64,000 bases of DNA from an uncultured Actinomycetes bacterium (lineage in GTDB: Bacteria; Actinomycetota; Acidimicrobiia; IMCC26256; PALSA-610), in the NCBI GenBank assembly GCA_963836365.1, contig CAWIJC010000006.1:92449-156448 (forward strand). The letters are read 5' to 3'. Both the position numbers and the translations under genes were made by a program. Positions 40,109 to 50,154 of this stretch are shown one piece after another (positions within the stretch are counted from its first letter, which is position 1; each line of letters begins with the position of its first letter). The notes under the pieces are model-generated. The model had not been told where the DNA came from. It saw only the letters and a program-made list of their open reading frames with translations, and made no database searches.

Positions 40109-40882
40109 TCAGGGTCGCTTGATCATCTGCCCGCCGTCGACGACCAGCACTTGCCCGGTCGTGTGCGTGAGCATCGTCGCCAGTGCGACGAACGTCCGCG
40201 CGACGTCGTCGGGCGTGCCGAGCCGTCCGAGCGCGGTGCTCGCCTCCAGCCTGCTGAAGTGATTCGGCTCGCCGGCCCAGATGCGAGCTGTTCGTGGAGT
40301 GAACACCGTGCCCGGCGCAACGACGTTCACCCGTATCCCGGCCGCCCCGAGGGGCGACGCGACCGCGTGCATCAGCCCGATGATTCCTGCCTTGGCAGCC
40401 GAGTAACCCGGCATCCCCGCGCCGGTCAGCGCGTTCCACGACGACGTGAAGGTGACCGAGCGTGAAGGGTCGTCGTTCGCTCGCAGCCAAGGCAGGACGG
40501 CACGCAGCACGAGAAACTGCGTCGTGAGATTCAGCTCGACCGAAGCGCGAAAGACCGCGGGTTCGACGAGGGTTGCGTCGTCGAGCGCCGGCTCTTCGGG
40601 CAGCGCTCCTCCCGCGATCCCGATCACGTGCACGAGCCGGCCTCGCGACTGCACCGACGAGACGGCCTCGGCGAGCGCGGTCTCGTCGGTGCAATCGACG
40701 ATCATCCCGACGTAACCGCGCTCATCCGCAAGCTCGACGCTCGGGTCGTAGTCGATGCCGACCACCATGAACTCTTCTGCGAGGAACGCCGCGACTGTCG
40801 CCGAGCCGATTGCACCCGCGGCGCCGGTGACGAGGACGACTCGCTCGCCGCGTGCTCGTTGCGAGCGCGGGCTGGTACTCAC
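40109..40882 (-). CDS. Short-chain dehydrogenase/reductase (SDR)
   Basis: The GTG start overlaps the upstream stop as GTGA. Motifs are VVLVTGAAGAIGSAT, the catalytic YSAAKAG, VNVVAPG and LVVDGG. Confidence 0.85.
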   Translation of the reverse strand: MSTSPRSQRARGERVVLVTGAAGAIGSATVAAFLAEEFMVVGIDYDPSVELADERGYVGMIVDCTDETALAEAVSSVQSRGRLVHVIGIAGGALPEEPALDDATLVEPAVFRASVELNLTTQFLVLRAVLPWLRANDDPSRSVTFTSSWNALTGAGMPGYSAAKAGIIGLMHAVASPLGAAGIRVNVVAPGTVFTPRTARIWAGEPNHFSRLEASTALGRLGTPDDVARTFVALATMLTHTTGQVLVVDGGQMIKRP

Positions 40883-42261
40883 GTGCGCGCCGTTGTCGCG
40901 ACGCCTCGGAGAACGGGAACCGACGCGAGCAGTATCGCCAAGCACAGAGCTACCGTGGCGGTACCCGGAGCCGCAGCGAAGCCGTCACTCACGACACCGG
41001 TGAACATCAAGTACGTCACGAGGCCGCTCGACAATCGAAAGAACTCGGCGTGTGGTGCTCGGTGCATGTGTGGGACGCGGTGCATGTCGCGCCACCACGA
41101 CGCGAACAGATTGAGGTACACCGCCAGGCCGAGCAGGCCCGTCGAAACCATGATCTCGACGAGTACGTTGTGACTTTCTCCAGCCCACGGAATCTTCGCA
41201 AGGAAGATCGAGCGACCCGACAGGTATCCGTGCCCGGTGAGCGGCGCTTGCCCGAACAACCGGGAGGCTTCACGAAAGATCTGGTCGCGCCCGGACACGG
41301 AAGTGAGTTCGGCGGTTGTCTGCCCACGCGTGACGATCTCCGATTCGACGAGCCTCGGCGCCCAGAGAAGGACACACAGCGAAGCAACGGCAACCCCGAG
41401 CACGACACGGCGGAGCACCTTCGGCGAGCCGACACTGAACATCACGACGATCGCCGCCAACGTCGCAGCCTGCGCGCCGCGCGCGCGCGTCTGATAGAGC
41501 AATGCCGCACACAGCGCCACGAACGCGATCTGCCGCGTGTACGACCGACCAAGGAGCGCGTTCGGTCGACCGCCCGCGAGCGGGATCAGCCCTGCTGCTT
41601 CAACGAGGATGACCAAGCCGAGGAGCGTGCCCGTCGTGATCGGATGCATCTCGAGCCAGCGATATCGCAGCACCCCCGTGTCAGGATCGAGTAACGGATG
41701 CGAGACGACGACGCTGAGAGCCGTCAGCGACAGCACCACGACGGTAAGGCCCCGTCGTAGTCCACGGGTGAACCAGAGCGCGCCGGTCCACGATCGCTGC
41801 AATACGCTCGCCGTGTAGACCGTGAGCTCGATGAGCACGACGATCTGCACGGCTCGAACCAGCGAGATGAGCCGCGGCGCGTAGAGACTCGCCGCCACGT
41901 CGAGTAGACCGACGAGCGTGAGCGCTCGGAGCGCACCCACTCGGTGCTTCGGCTGCGCCGCCGCGCCCGGGACGCGCTTGCTGCGGACTTGTTGCGACGT
42001 GAGCTTCAGCGCGAGCCAGAATGTGACAAGGCTCCACACCGCGAGCTCGCCGACGACCTCGAGGTCGGCCGACCCGTTGAGCGCCGCGGTTGCCGGACGA
42101 GAGCGAACCTTGATCTCACTCGCGGCGAGAAGTATCACAAACAGGAAGCCGAGGTTCATGAGTCGGCGCGCACGAGCGCGTTCGTCGGGTTGTGTGTGTA
42201 GTCCCGCGCTCGTCGATTGCAGTCGACTGGGAGCCGCGAAAGGTCGAGCAACGTCAATCAC
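40879..42261 (-). CDS. O-antigen ligase/polymerase-family (Wzy_C-like) membrane protein, intact
   Basis: 460-aa uninterrupted ORF with about 10-12 TM helices. Its central loop segment (YQTRARGAQAATLAAIVVMF) is of the kind seen in O-antigen ligase-like proteins. Confidence 0.7.
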   Translation of the reverse strand: MIDVARPFAAPSRLQSTSAGLHTQPDERARARRLMNLGFLFVILLAASEIKVRSRPATAALNGSADLEVVGELAVWSLVTFWLALKLTSQQVRSKRVPGAAAQPKHRVGALRALTLVGLLDVAASLYAPRLISLVRAVQIVVLIELTVYTASVLQRSWTGALWFTRGLRRGLTVVVLSLTALSVVVSHPLLDPDTGVLRYRWLEMHPITTGTLLGLVILVEAAGLIPLAGGRPNALLGRSYTRQIAFVALCAALLYQTRARGAQAATLAAIVVMFSVGSPKVLRRVVLGVAVASLCVLLWAPRLVESEIVTRGQTTAELTSVSGRDQIFREASRLFGQAPLTGHGYLSGRSIFLAKIPWAGESHNVLVEIMVSTGLLGLAVYLNLFASWWRDMHRVPHMHRAPHAEFFRLSSGLVTYLMFTGVVSDGFAAAPGTATVALCLAILLASVPVLRGVATTART

Positions 42262-42494
42262 GTTCGGCCCTCGATCGACATTGACGCCCCGCGGTAGCCT
42301 CGGCGTTAGGTGCCGCTTCTCGCAGTCCCGACTCTAGCGACCGGCATGACGGAGACGTATGGGCGACGATGCAGCTTTTTTCTCGTGCGACTGCAGTGCG
42401 CACGTCGGCCAAGGAGCGCTCGCGCTCTTCGGGCGACGTCGCCGACGAACTGAGCGTTGCACGTGGCCGTCCCGCGTGTCGGCGCGCTGAGTCC

Positions 42495-43574
42495 ATGCGC
42501 ATCGTGCAGTACTACCCGCGAGCGGCAATCGGTGACGGGGGCATGACGGGCGCGGTGAAGCGACTCGCCAAGGCGCTCACCGAGGCCGGCGCCGACGCGG
42601 CCATCGCCTACGACGACCTCGCACCTCCTCCGCCTGTTCGCAATGGCACGTCCTGGTTGCCGGTTCGCCATCATGGACCCGCGACGCAACGCATCGCCCG
42701 TGAACGTGATCTGCGCGAGGCATTCCGGGGCGCCGACATGGTCGTGCTCAACTCTGGTTTCGCTCCGCACAACGCGTTCGCCGCGCGCGTCGCGCGGCGA
42801 AGCCGCGTCGCGTACGTCGTCGCGCCGCGCGGTGCATACGACCCGCACATCTTCACGCGCCGCCCGACGGCGAAACGTGCCTGGTGGCGGATGGTCGAGT
42901 TTCCCATGGTCCAGCGAGCCCATGCCGTGCATCTCTTCTTCGACGAGGAGACTGCCGACCTCCGGCGGCTCGGATACGTCGGCCCGATCCTCTTTGCTCC
43001 CAACGGCGTCGAGCCGCCTCCCGACGTGCGATGGGACGGCGGCACCGGCGGCTACGTGCTCTGGCTCGGCCGCTTCGACCCCCAGCACAAAGGCATCGAT
43101 CTTCTCGTGCGCGCGGTCGCACGGCTGTCACCGGGAGAGCGGCCGCAGCTGCGTCTGGTCGGCCCGGAATGGCGTGGCGGTCGCCAACGAATCGCGAGTC
43201 TCATTCGCGAGCTCGCGCTCGAGCGTTGGGTCAGTGTCGAACCCGCGAAGTACGGGCACGAGAAATGGCAGCTGCTCGCGAGTGCGAATTGCTTCGTGTA
43301 CCCCTCGCGATGGGAGGGCTTCGGGAACTCCGCTGCAGAGGCGGCAGCGTTGGGCGTGCCCCTGATCGTCACGCCGTATCCGCTCGGCCGTCTCCTCGCC
43401 CGACGCGGTGGCGCGAGACTCGTTCCGGCGACAGTTGAGGGTTTGGCGAGCGGGTTGCGATCCGGCACCGACACCGCCTCGCTCGGCATGAAAGCGCGTG
43501 AGATCGTTCTCGGCGAGATGTCCTGGGACCAGATCGGGCGCAGCTGGTTGAAACAGGCGCACGCGCTGCTATGA
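42495..43574 (+). CDS. Glycosyltransferase, GT4-like (GT-B fold), intact
   Basis: It starts at ATG 42495 (MRIVQYYP). Motifs are WLGRFDPQHKGIDLLVRAV and YPSRWEGFGNSAAEAAALGVPLIVT (E-x7-E). Confidence 0.85.
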   Translation: MRIVQYYPRAAIGDGGMTGAVKRLAKALTEAGADAAIAYDDLAPPPPVRNGTSWLPVRHHGPATQRIARERDLREAFRGADMVVLNSGFAPHNAFAARVARRSRVAYVVAPRGAYDPHIFTRRPTAKRAWWRMVEFPMVQRAHAVHLFFDEETADLRRLGYVGPILFAPNGVEPPPDVRWDGGTGGYVLWLGRFDPQHKGIDLLVRAVARLSPGERPQLRLVGPEWRGGRQRIASLIRELALERWVSVEPAKYGHEKWQLLASANCFVYPSRWEGFGNSAAEAAALGVPLIVTPYPLGRLLARRGGARLVPATVEGLASGLRSGTDTASLGMKAREIVLGEMSWDQIGRSWLKQAHALL

Positions 43575-44209
43575 GCGCAACGGCAGGTGGCCGCTCGGCT
43601 GGCGCCGTCGTCACGGTCGCCGGCCCCGACGGCGCGGGCAAGACCAGCTTCTGCGATGCGCTCATTGCACGCGCGTTCAACGACCGTCAGGTGCGGCGGA
43701 TTCATCACCGGCTCGGGCTGTTCCCGTCGCGGCGCGCGACGTTGATCCGAGCCGGCCGCACGCGCAAGTTCCGTACGCAACGGGGGTTTCCCTCGCCAAG
43801 GTGCTCTTCTTGTTCGCCGAGTCGCTCATCGGTTCCCTGCTCGTCTTGCGCCCGTTCGTGAGAGCGCGGCGGCACGGTCGTTGTCGAGCGGGGTTGGTGG
43901 GATCTCGCCGTCGATCCGCTCCGGTACAGGCTCCGACCACATCCGCGGCTGGTCCGCACGCTGGGTCGGTTGTTGCCGCGCACGGGCGTTCTCATCGTGC
44001 TCGAGGGAACGAGCGAGTTGCTCGCGTCACGCAAGGACGAGTGCACGAGAGAAGAGCTCGCGCGTCAGACACGGGCGTGGCGAACGGTCGTACCGAGCGC
44101 GATACCGCGGATCTACCTTGATGCCGCACTGCCACTCGACGAGCTCGTCGGGCGCGCCGCCGCCGAGATCGAACTCTTCGCCACGTCGCGCACTCTGCGA
44201 GCCATGTAG
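43571..44209 (+). pseudogene. P-loop kinase-like protein (nucleotide/sugar kinase fold), two frameshifts (about 43740, 43872)
   Basis: It has a Walker A motif (VVTVAGPDGAGKTSF). The remaining fragments are DPSRPHAQVPYATGVSLAKVLFLFAESLIGSLLVLRPFV and VVVERGWWDLAVDPLRYRL...VLIVLEGTSELLASRKDE in other frames. The start overlaps the GT4 stop (ATGA). Confidence 0.55.
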
Positions 44210-45276
44210 CCGACACGCGTGGCGGCCGGGCCGGGATCGGAGATCGACGCGAAGCTGTGCACCGTGCCGCGGCGCGGGATGAGCGCCACGAGTGTGGAGC
44301 GCGCGCGCGCGTTGTCGCGGCGCGCACTCCACCAGAGGCTGCGCAGATCCCCCTCGACCCATCGGAACCGACCGCCGGCGGGCACCCGTACGGTCGTTAC
44401 GGGCCGGCCGAGCAGGAGATCGCAATACATGGCGACGAGATTCGCGCCTCCTGCGAGTGCCAACGGCAGCGTCGCGTGGATACGGGTGTTGACGTCGAGG
44501 AGATACGGGCCGACGAAGTCGAGGTGAAACGGCCCGTCATAGTCACGAAGGAGTTGCGCGACTTTTTCTTCGAGCATCGGATCCGGTGGCAACGTCTCGG
44601 CGGCCGCGATCGTGCCGCACGGTTGCGGCCAGAGCCTCAAATAGCGAGTGCGCATGGTTGCAACCAGTCGTCCCTGGAACGCGATCCCTCCCAGGCCGTG
44701 GAACTGCGCGTCGATCTTCGGTTGCACGAGCACGCGACCGTCCATCGACGCGAGACAGGTTCGAAGCGACGCAGCATCCTGGAACAGGCGCGCGGCCGAG
44801 AGCTTCAGCGCCGGCTTGACGACGACCGGATAGGACAGGCGATCGGCGGCGCGGACCACGTCTTGGCACGACGAGAACGTTTCGGTAGGCGGCGTCTCGA
44901 GCCCGGCGGCCCGTGCGAGTTCGGCGCACACCTCTTTGTCGAGGAGCTCGCGTAACTGTGCCGGAGCATCGAGGGCAACAAGCGCGGCATCGGTCAGGAC
45001 GAACGTGGTCACATAGCTGCGGGTCGCCTGTTCCCTGCGCACGGCCTCGGCGAACGTGTGACCGTCGCCCTCCAGTGGAGGCACGGGGACTCGCCGGTCG
45101 CACCACCGGGAAGCACCCGCGAGCGAGCGTCCGTCGGTCTCGGTCAATGCCGTCCGGTAGCCGCCGGCGGCGAGCGCCCGCACGGCTGATACGGCGGCTC
45201 TCGATTCACCGTTGCCGCCTTCGGTCACGAGGACCCACGGGCCACGCCGAAGCGTGGTGCGGCGTGACGGTCTCAC
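44113..45276 (-). CDS. ATP-grasp domain protein (carboxylate-amine ligase-like)
   Basis: GTG 45276 overlaps the upstream stop as GTGA. Motifs are WVLVTEGGNGESRAAVSAVRALAAGGY, YPVVVKPALKLSA, VLVQPKI and FHLDFVGPYLLDVNTRIHATLPLALAGGANL. The last 97 nt or so overlap the convergent gene, so the true 3' end is uncertain. Confidence 0.7.
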   Translation of the reverse strand: MRPSRRTTLRRGPWVLVTEGGNGESRAAVSAVRALAAGGYRTALTETDGRSLAGASRWCDRRVPVPPLEGDGHTFAEAVRREQATRSYVTTFVLTDAALVALDAPAQLRELLDKEVCAELARAAGLETPPTETFSSCQDVVRAADRLSYPVVVKPALKLSAARLFQDAASLRTCLASMDGRVLVQPKIDAQFHGLGGIAFQGRLVATMRTRYLRLWPQPCGTIAAAETLPPDPMLEEKVAQLLRDYDGPFHLDFVGPYLLDVNTRIHATLPLALAGGANLVAMYCDLLLGRPVTTVRVPAGGRFRWVEGDLRSLWWSARRDNARARSTLVALIPRRGTVHSFASISDPGPAATRVGYMARRVRDVAKSSISAAARPTSSSSGSAASR

Positions 45277-46115
45277 GCGTTTCCGCTCTCGTCGCCACCG
45301 CACAGAGCCGCGCTCGGGTCCAGCGTGTGGGTACGCGCAACCGACTTCAGCCATGCGTCGCGGGGTTCGATCACGACGCGACCCCGCCCGATCGCGCGGA
45401 CGATCGGACATCGCCGGCCGGTCGCCGTGCGAAACCATGCCCGCCGCGCGGCGACGCCCGGACGCTGCAGCGCCTTCCGGAGCGCTCGAGCTTCGATCGT
45501 TCGCATTGCGTGCGCATCCCAGCCACCTCCGACGACCGCGTCCGCGAGCCGGCGCGCGGCAGGCTCGGCGCGATCGAACAGCGATGACGCCATCTCGACG
45601 CCGCCGGGGTCCGACGCGAGAAGCTCGGATATTCGCTTCGTTCGAAGGCCTTCGACGTTCGCACGGCCGAACCACTTCGATCCGTTCAGCACCAGCTTCA
45701 ACAGACCTTCGGCCCCGGGGCGCACCTTCCGGAACCCGCGCGGGTCCATCTCGGTGACGGGCGCCAGGTCCTCGAGGACGAAGAGCGTTGATCCGCGAAA
45801 GGCCTTGTTGTGCTTGATGCTGACTTCCAGGAATGTCGGGGACTCCGCCGGAAAGGCGATGAGATTGCGTCCGCCCGGAATGTGCCGGCACACCGTCACC
45901 GGTCCGAGCTCGAACTCTCGGGCCCACGCGAAGAACTCGCACTCGAGCGCGTCCCACTCGGTCGGGCTGGCGGCGGAATCGATGTCACCGTCGCCTTCGA
46001 GCGCGGAATCCACCTGCTTCCAGACGAGCCACGAAGGAGACACGCGTGTGAACCGGCGCAAGAGCGCGAGCCACAGGTCGGCACGCTCGCCCGCACTCAC
46101 GCTCGCACGTGTCAC
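45273..46115 (-). CDS. Hypothetical protein, possibly nucleotidyltransferase-fold (GDGDID motif)
   Basis: The 280-codon stretch is uninterrupted from GTG 46115, which overlaps an out-of-frame TGA that would end the deacetylase. The text WKQVDSALEGDGDIDSAASPTEWDALECEFFAWAREFELGPVTVCRHIPGGRNLIAFP matches no family I can name with confidence. Confidence 0.5.
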   Translation of the reverse strand: MTRASVSAGERADLWLALLRRFTRVSPSWLVWKQVDSALEGDGDIDSAASPTEWDALECEFFAWAREFELGPVTVCRHIPGGRNLIAFPAESPTFLEVSIKHNKAFRGSTLFVLEDLAPVTEMDPRGFRKVRPGAEGLLKLVLNGSKWFGRANVEGLRTKRISELLASDPGGVEMASSLFDRAEPAARRLADAVVGGGWDAHAMRTIEARALRKALQRPGVAARRAWFRTATGRRCPIVRAIGRGRVVIEPRDAWLKSVARTHTLDPSAALCGGDESGNA

Positions 46116-47010
46116 GTGCCCATCCCGTAACGATCGAGCACGCCCGACAGGCAGCCTCGGATCTCTCGTGGTCCCCACCAGTCTTCGACGACGTCGCGCT
46201 GGCAACGCGAAGAGCGAGGCGCGGCCCGGGGGCAGGAGGCCGCGAACAGCGGTGAACGCCGCGCGATACCCGCTGCACGCAACCTCGTCGCGTGCTCTCA
46301 TGGTCAGGTTGTCGCGCCGTCCGAACGGATACGCAAACGTTCGTACCTCGATTCCGAGCCGCGCCTCGAGCGTTGCCTTCGATCCGGCGATCTCACGGTG
46401 AAGATCCGCATCGCTGCCCGCGCCGCAGTCCCAGTGCGTCGACGTGTGCGAACCGACGTGCCAGCCGGCCTCGACGGCAGCACGCAACTCGTTGGTGCCG
46501 GCGAGGGGTCGGAACGTGTCGCGGCTGGGAGCGCACGAGCCGGCGCACACGACCGAGTCCGGGATCCACCGCAGCGGCGAGCGCGAACACCGTAGGACGC
46601 AACTCCAGAGCCTCGACGAGCGCGAGCGTGTCGTGGGAGATTTGCTGGCGGTAACCGTCGTCGAACGTCAACACGACCCTGCACGTGCCGTCGCTCGATC
46701 TGGTGGGATCTTCCAACGCGCCGAGGAGGTCGTCCTCGTCGATGATCTGTGCCGCGCTCCGAATGGCGTCGACCTGCGCGCGAAACACCGACGGCGCCGG
46801 GAACAGGTGATACGCGAGCACGCGAATGCCGCACCGAGGTGGCCTGCCACTCGCCGAGCGCAGTAGCACGCGACGAGCGTGCAGGCGCATCGCCGCGCCC
46901 GCCCGCGTTCGCATCGACGTCGAGGCCGTGCCTTCGGCCCTGGAGTTGTCGATCACGAAGCGTCCTCCGGCGGGACCGAGCGGCGCGGAGCGTAGCGCAG
47001 CAACCGACAA
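46112..47010 (-). pseudogene. Polysaccharide deacetylase (NodB-homology) protein, two frameshifts (about 46550, 46205); start uncertain
   Basis: It shows VVLTFDDGYRQQ (ORF 46393..47010), then LRAAVEAGWHVGSHTSTHW and RTFAYPFGR (ORF 45273..46550 frame). The proposed tail RDVVEDWWGPREIRGCLSGVLDRYGMGT* lies in the third frame. Confidence 0.7.
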
Positions 47011-47067
47011 CCCCCGTCGTATCTGACTGTGCGCACCCTTTGTTCGTGGCCGGCTCCGCGCCGACCT

Positions 47068-47872
47068 TCAGATCGCGGCCGCCGCGGGGTTGTGGCGATC
47101 GCGAGTCGCCTGCGTCCACTCGCGCAACCGGCGCGCGAGCAACACGATGCGCCCCCGCATCGTTCTCGGAACCGTACAATGGAACTCCCGCACCACGTGC
47201 CCGCCAAACTCTTCCTTGAACGCGTTGATGCGAAGCAGTTCTGCATCTTGATCGCCGCTGTACCACCCGCCGAGATCGAGGATTCGAAGACCGGCGTCCT
47301 TGTACCGAAGCACTTCCTTCCAGTGGAGATAGCGGTTCGCGCGTCCGACACGATTCCGAAAGGCACTGTCGTCGCTTTCCCGAAACAATGACGCCGAGTG
47401 CAACATGCGAGCACGCGTGCCCGTGCAGACATTGGCATGCCACACGAGAGGTTCCTCATCGAAACTTGCTCGAGTCAGATCGAGGAGTCGGGCGCGGGCA
47501 AGTGCATCGAGCCGCGCGATCTCAGCGTGTGGACGACCCTTCGTCGCTGCAAAGCGGTCGAAGAATGCGATGAATTCGTCCACGGGCTGGGCGTCGCGCG
47601 GCCAATGCTCGCAGCGGAGGTTCTCCCGTTCGGCGCGACGGATCTTGTAACGACACGTCTTCGAGAAACGAGAGAAGAGCACATCCGGGTCGGGGACGAG
47701 TTCGATGTGGATCGTGTAGAACTCCCTGCAGCGCGACCCCGCAAGCGGTGATGATCGCTGGAAGTGCTCGATGATGTCGGCGTCGAGAATTCCCGGGGTC
47801 GGCGTTGAAGAACACCTCGGCGAGTTGGCAATAAGCCCCTCTCCAAACGATCACGTCGTTTGTTGTGTTCAC
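47068..47872 (-). pseudogene. CelD/Fem-like GNAT-fold transferase (short form), one frameshift at the G4 run 47795-47798
   Basis: It starts at GTG 47872 (VNTTNDVIVWRGAYCQLAEVFFNADPG). After the shift it reads ILDADIIEHFQRSSPLAGSRCREFYTIHIELVPDPDV and continues into ORF 47068..47682 (FSRFSKTCRYKIRRAEREN, NRYLHWKEVLRYKDAGLRILDLGG). Confidence 0.55.
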
Positions 47873-48001
47873 CGGCGTGGGCTCTCGTTCATGCGATTCG
47901 CATATCGCGCCATCTCGGTTGGTCTCCGCGCGACAGGATGACCCAGTCAGCATTCGAACGCTATTCTTCACGCTCCGGCGACCCATCGCCTTTGTGAGTT
48001 C

Positions 48002-49360
48002 GTGGGAGCGCCGTCGATGACTGCGGAGCCGTCCAGCGAAGGAAGGCCCGAGACGCGCGTGTACGAAGCTCCGAGCACGGACATCTCGCCGGGCGGACTC
48101 GGCGCTCGCGCGTGGGCCGAGCTCGTCTGGGGTGTGTTCGACCAGGGTTTGTCATCTGCGACGAACTTCGGCATCGCCGTTCTGGCCGGTCGGCTTCTCG
48201 GACCTACGGGGCTCGGTGTCGTGTACATCGGCTTCTCTGCGTTGTTGTTCGTCTTCAGCTTCGTTCGCGCGGTCGTGATGCAGCCGCTCGTCGTTGCGAC
48301 GACGCGCGCCGAGCCCGCCGACCAAGAATTGGCAGCGCGCTGCGCGTTCACACTGTCGCTCGGTATTGGTGTATTCGCCGCCGTGTCGATGTTGTCCGCG
48401 GGGCTCCTCGTCGGCGGCGACCTCGGACGAGGACTGCTCATCTTCTCGCCCTGGGTCGGTGTTGCAGTTCTGCAGGACCTGTGGCGGACAATCCTGTTCC
48501 GCGACGCTCGAGGTCGCGCCGCTGCGATCAATGACGGCGTGTGGGTCGTCAGCATGGTCGCCATGGTGCCGCTCGCGTTTGCGTTCCGCGAAGACTGGGC
48601 GATCGCCGCGACATGGGGCGCCGCAGCCGCGGCCGCGGCGCTCGCGGGTGTATGGCAGGTGAAGGCCCGGGTCGTTTCGCTCGTGACGGCGGTGCGTTGG
48701 TGGAAGCGCGATGCCCGGCGGCTCGCGTCGTGGCTGGCCCTCGAGAACGTGATCCTCACCGCCGGCAGCCAGGCCGTCGTGTTCGTGCTGGCCTCCCAGC
48801 TGGGTGCGGGCGATCTCGGAGGGATCAGAGCGGCCGAGGTCGTGTTCGCGCCTATGACCTTCGTCGGCGAAGCGTTCGCGCTTCCCGGCCTGCCGGCGAT
48901 GGCGCGCGCGATCAAAGTCTCCCCCGCGCAGGCGCGGAGGACCGCGTTTCATCTCGGCTTGATTGCCTTCGTCCTGGTCGGCGCGTACCTTGCCGTGGTT
49001 GCGCCGCTCCGCGAGCCGGTCGTGTCGTTGTTGTTCGGAGCGACGTTCACCCGATACATCGGGCTGTTCGTTCCCTTCGCCGGGGCACAGGTGTTGCGGG
49101 CGTGGGCGACAGGATTCTCCTTGCTCATCAAAGCCGACGGGAGGGTACGCGGTGTCATACTCTCTGCGGCGCTGGCAACGGGCACGGGGCTCGTCTTGTG
49201 CCCTATCCTCGCTTCGTTGGCGGGTGTCACCGGAGCGGCTTGGGGTCTTGCGCTCGGCTCGGCTGTCGGGTCGGTGGCCGACATTTGGCGAGGCCTCGTT
49301 GCGCGTGACGTTCCGAGTCCTCGCGGATGGTTGTCTTTGCGGCGCGTCGGTAGCGTGTGA
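48002..49360 (+). CDS. Wzx-type (MOP superfamily) polysaccharide flippase, intact
   Basis: 452-aa uninterrupted ORF with about 12 TM helices and typical N-terminal text (VFDQGLSSATNFGIAVLAGRLLGPTGLGVVYIGFS). An alternative ATG lies at 48017. Confidence 0.75.
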   Translation: MGAPSMTAEPSSEGRPETRVYEAPSTDISPGGLGARAWAELVWGVFDQGLSSATNFGIAVLAGRLLGPTGLGVVYIGFSALLFVFSFVRAVVMQPLVVATTRAEPADQELAARCAFTLSLGIGVFAAVSMLSAGLLVGGDLGRGLLIFSPWVGVAVLQDLWRTILFRDARGRAAAINDGVWVVSMVAMVPLAFAFREDWAIAATWGAAAAAAALAGVWQVKARVVSLVTAVRWWKRDARRLASWLALENVILTAGSQAVVFVLASQLGAGDLGGIRAAEVVFAPMTFVGEAFALPGLPAMARAIKVSPAQARRTAFHLGLIAFVLVGAYLAVVAPLREPVVSLLFGATFTRYIGLFVPFAGAQVLRAWATGFSLLIKADGRVRGVILSAALATGTGLVLCPILASLAGVTGAAWGLALGSAVGSVADIWRGLVARDVPSPRGWLSLRRVGSV

Positions 49361-49376
49361 GGAACTGCACGGAACG

Positions 49377-50151
49377 ATGAGTGGTCGAGCTACAGCGATC
49401 GTGTATCACGGTTTGGGCGATTGCGCGCCGGAGCGCGATCCGTACCGCTTGCTCACGCCGGTCGCGAAATTCACCCGACAGATGGAGTACTTGTCGCGGC
49501 ACCGTCGCGTCGTTCCGTTGGAAGCCGTCGTCACGGGAGATCTGCCACGGGACCGCCCAGCTGTCGCAATCACCTTCGACGACGGGTATCGCAGCGTGCT
49601 CGAGAAGGCGGTGCCGGTACTTCACCGATTCGGCTTTCCCGCCACCTGCTTCGTTCCGACGCGGTGGATCGGCGCAGCCAATGGCTGGGACACGTTCCGT
49701 CCCACTGATTGTCCGCTACCGATCGTCTCTCGGCACGAACTGCGAGAGTTGGAGACCGCCGGTGTCGAGATCGCAAGCCACGGACATGGCCATCTTCGAC
49801 TGGGCGAGATCGACGACGCGGTCCGCACGCGAAGACATCGTGCTCTCGCGCGAGATACTCACCGACATTCTCGGCCGTGCGCCTCGTTACCTCGCGTTTC
49901 CATACGGCAGCCAATCCGCGAGCGTGCGCCGCGCAGCCGACCGGGCCGGCTTCGACGGAGCGTTCTCGATCGGACAGCCCGGTAACGGCCCCTTCGGCCG
50001 CGAACGCGTCACGATTCGTCCGGGCGACGGAATGGCGCTCTACGCCTTCAAGACATCGGGCCGGTACTTGGCGGTGCGCGAATCGCGACTCGGCGACAGT
50101 GCCTATGCGGTCATTCGCCCGGTGGTCGTCGCGCGCCGGTCACGCGGATAG
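49377..50151 (+). pseudogene. Polysaccharide deacetylase (NodB-homology) protein, one frameshift near 49810
   Basis: It shows MSGRATAIVYHGL, AVAITFDDGYRSVLEKAVPVLHRFGFPATCFV and EIASHGHGH (tail of ORF 48963..49985). It then shows EDIVLSREILTDILGRAPRYLAFPYGSQS (ORF 49381..50151). Confidence 0.75.
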
Positions 50152-50154
50152 CGA

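Noticed and set aside
44113-44209. 97-nt overlap of the convergent ATP-grasp and P-loop kinase-like genes, considered as a functional antisense overlap
   Set aside because: One of the two 3' ends is more probably over-extended by a chance open frame or an undetected indel. There is no supporting structure.
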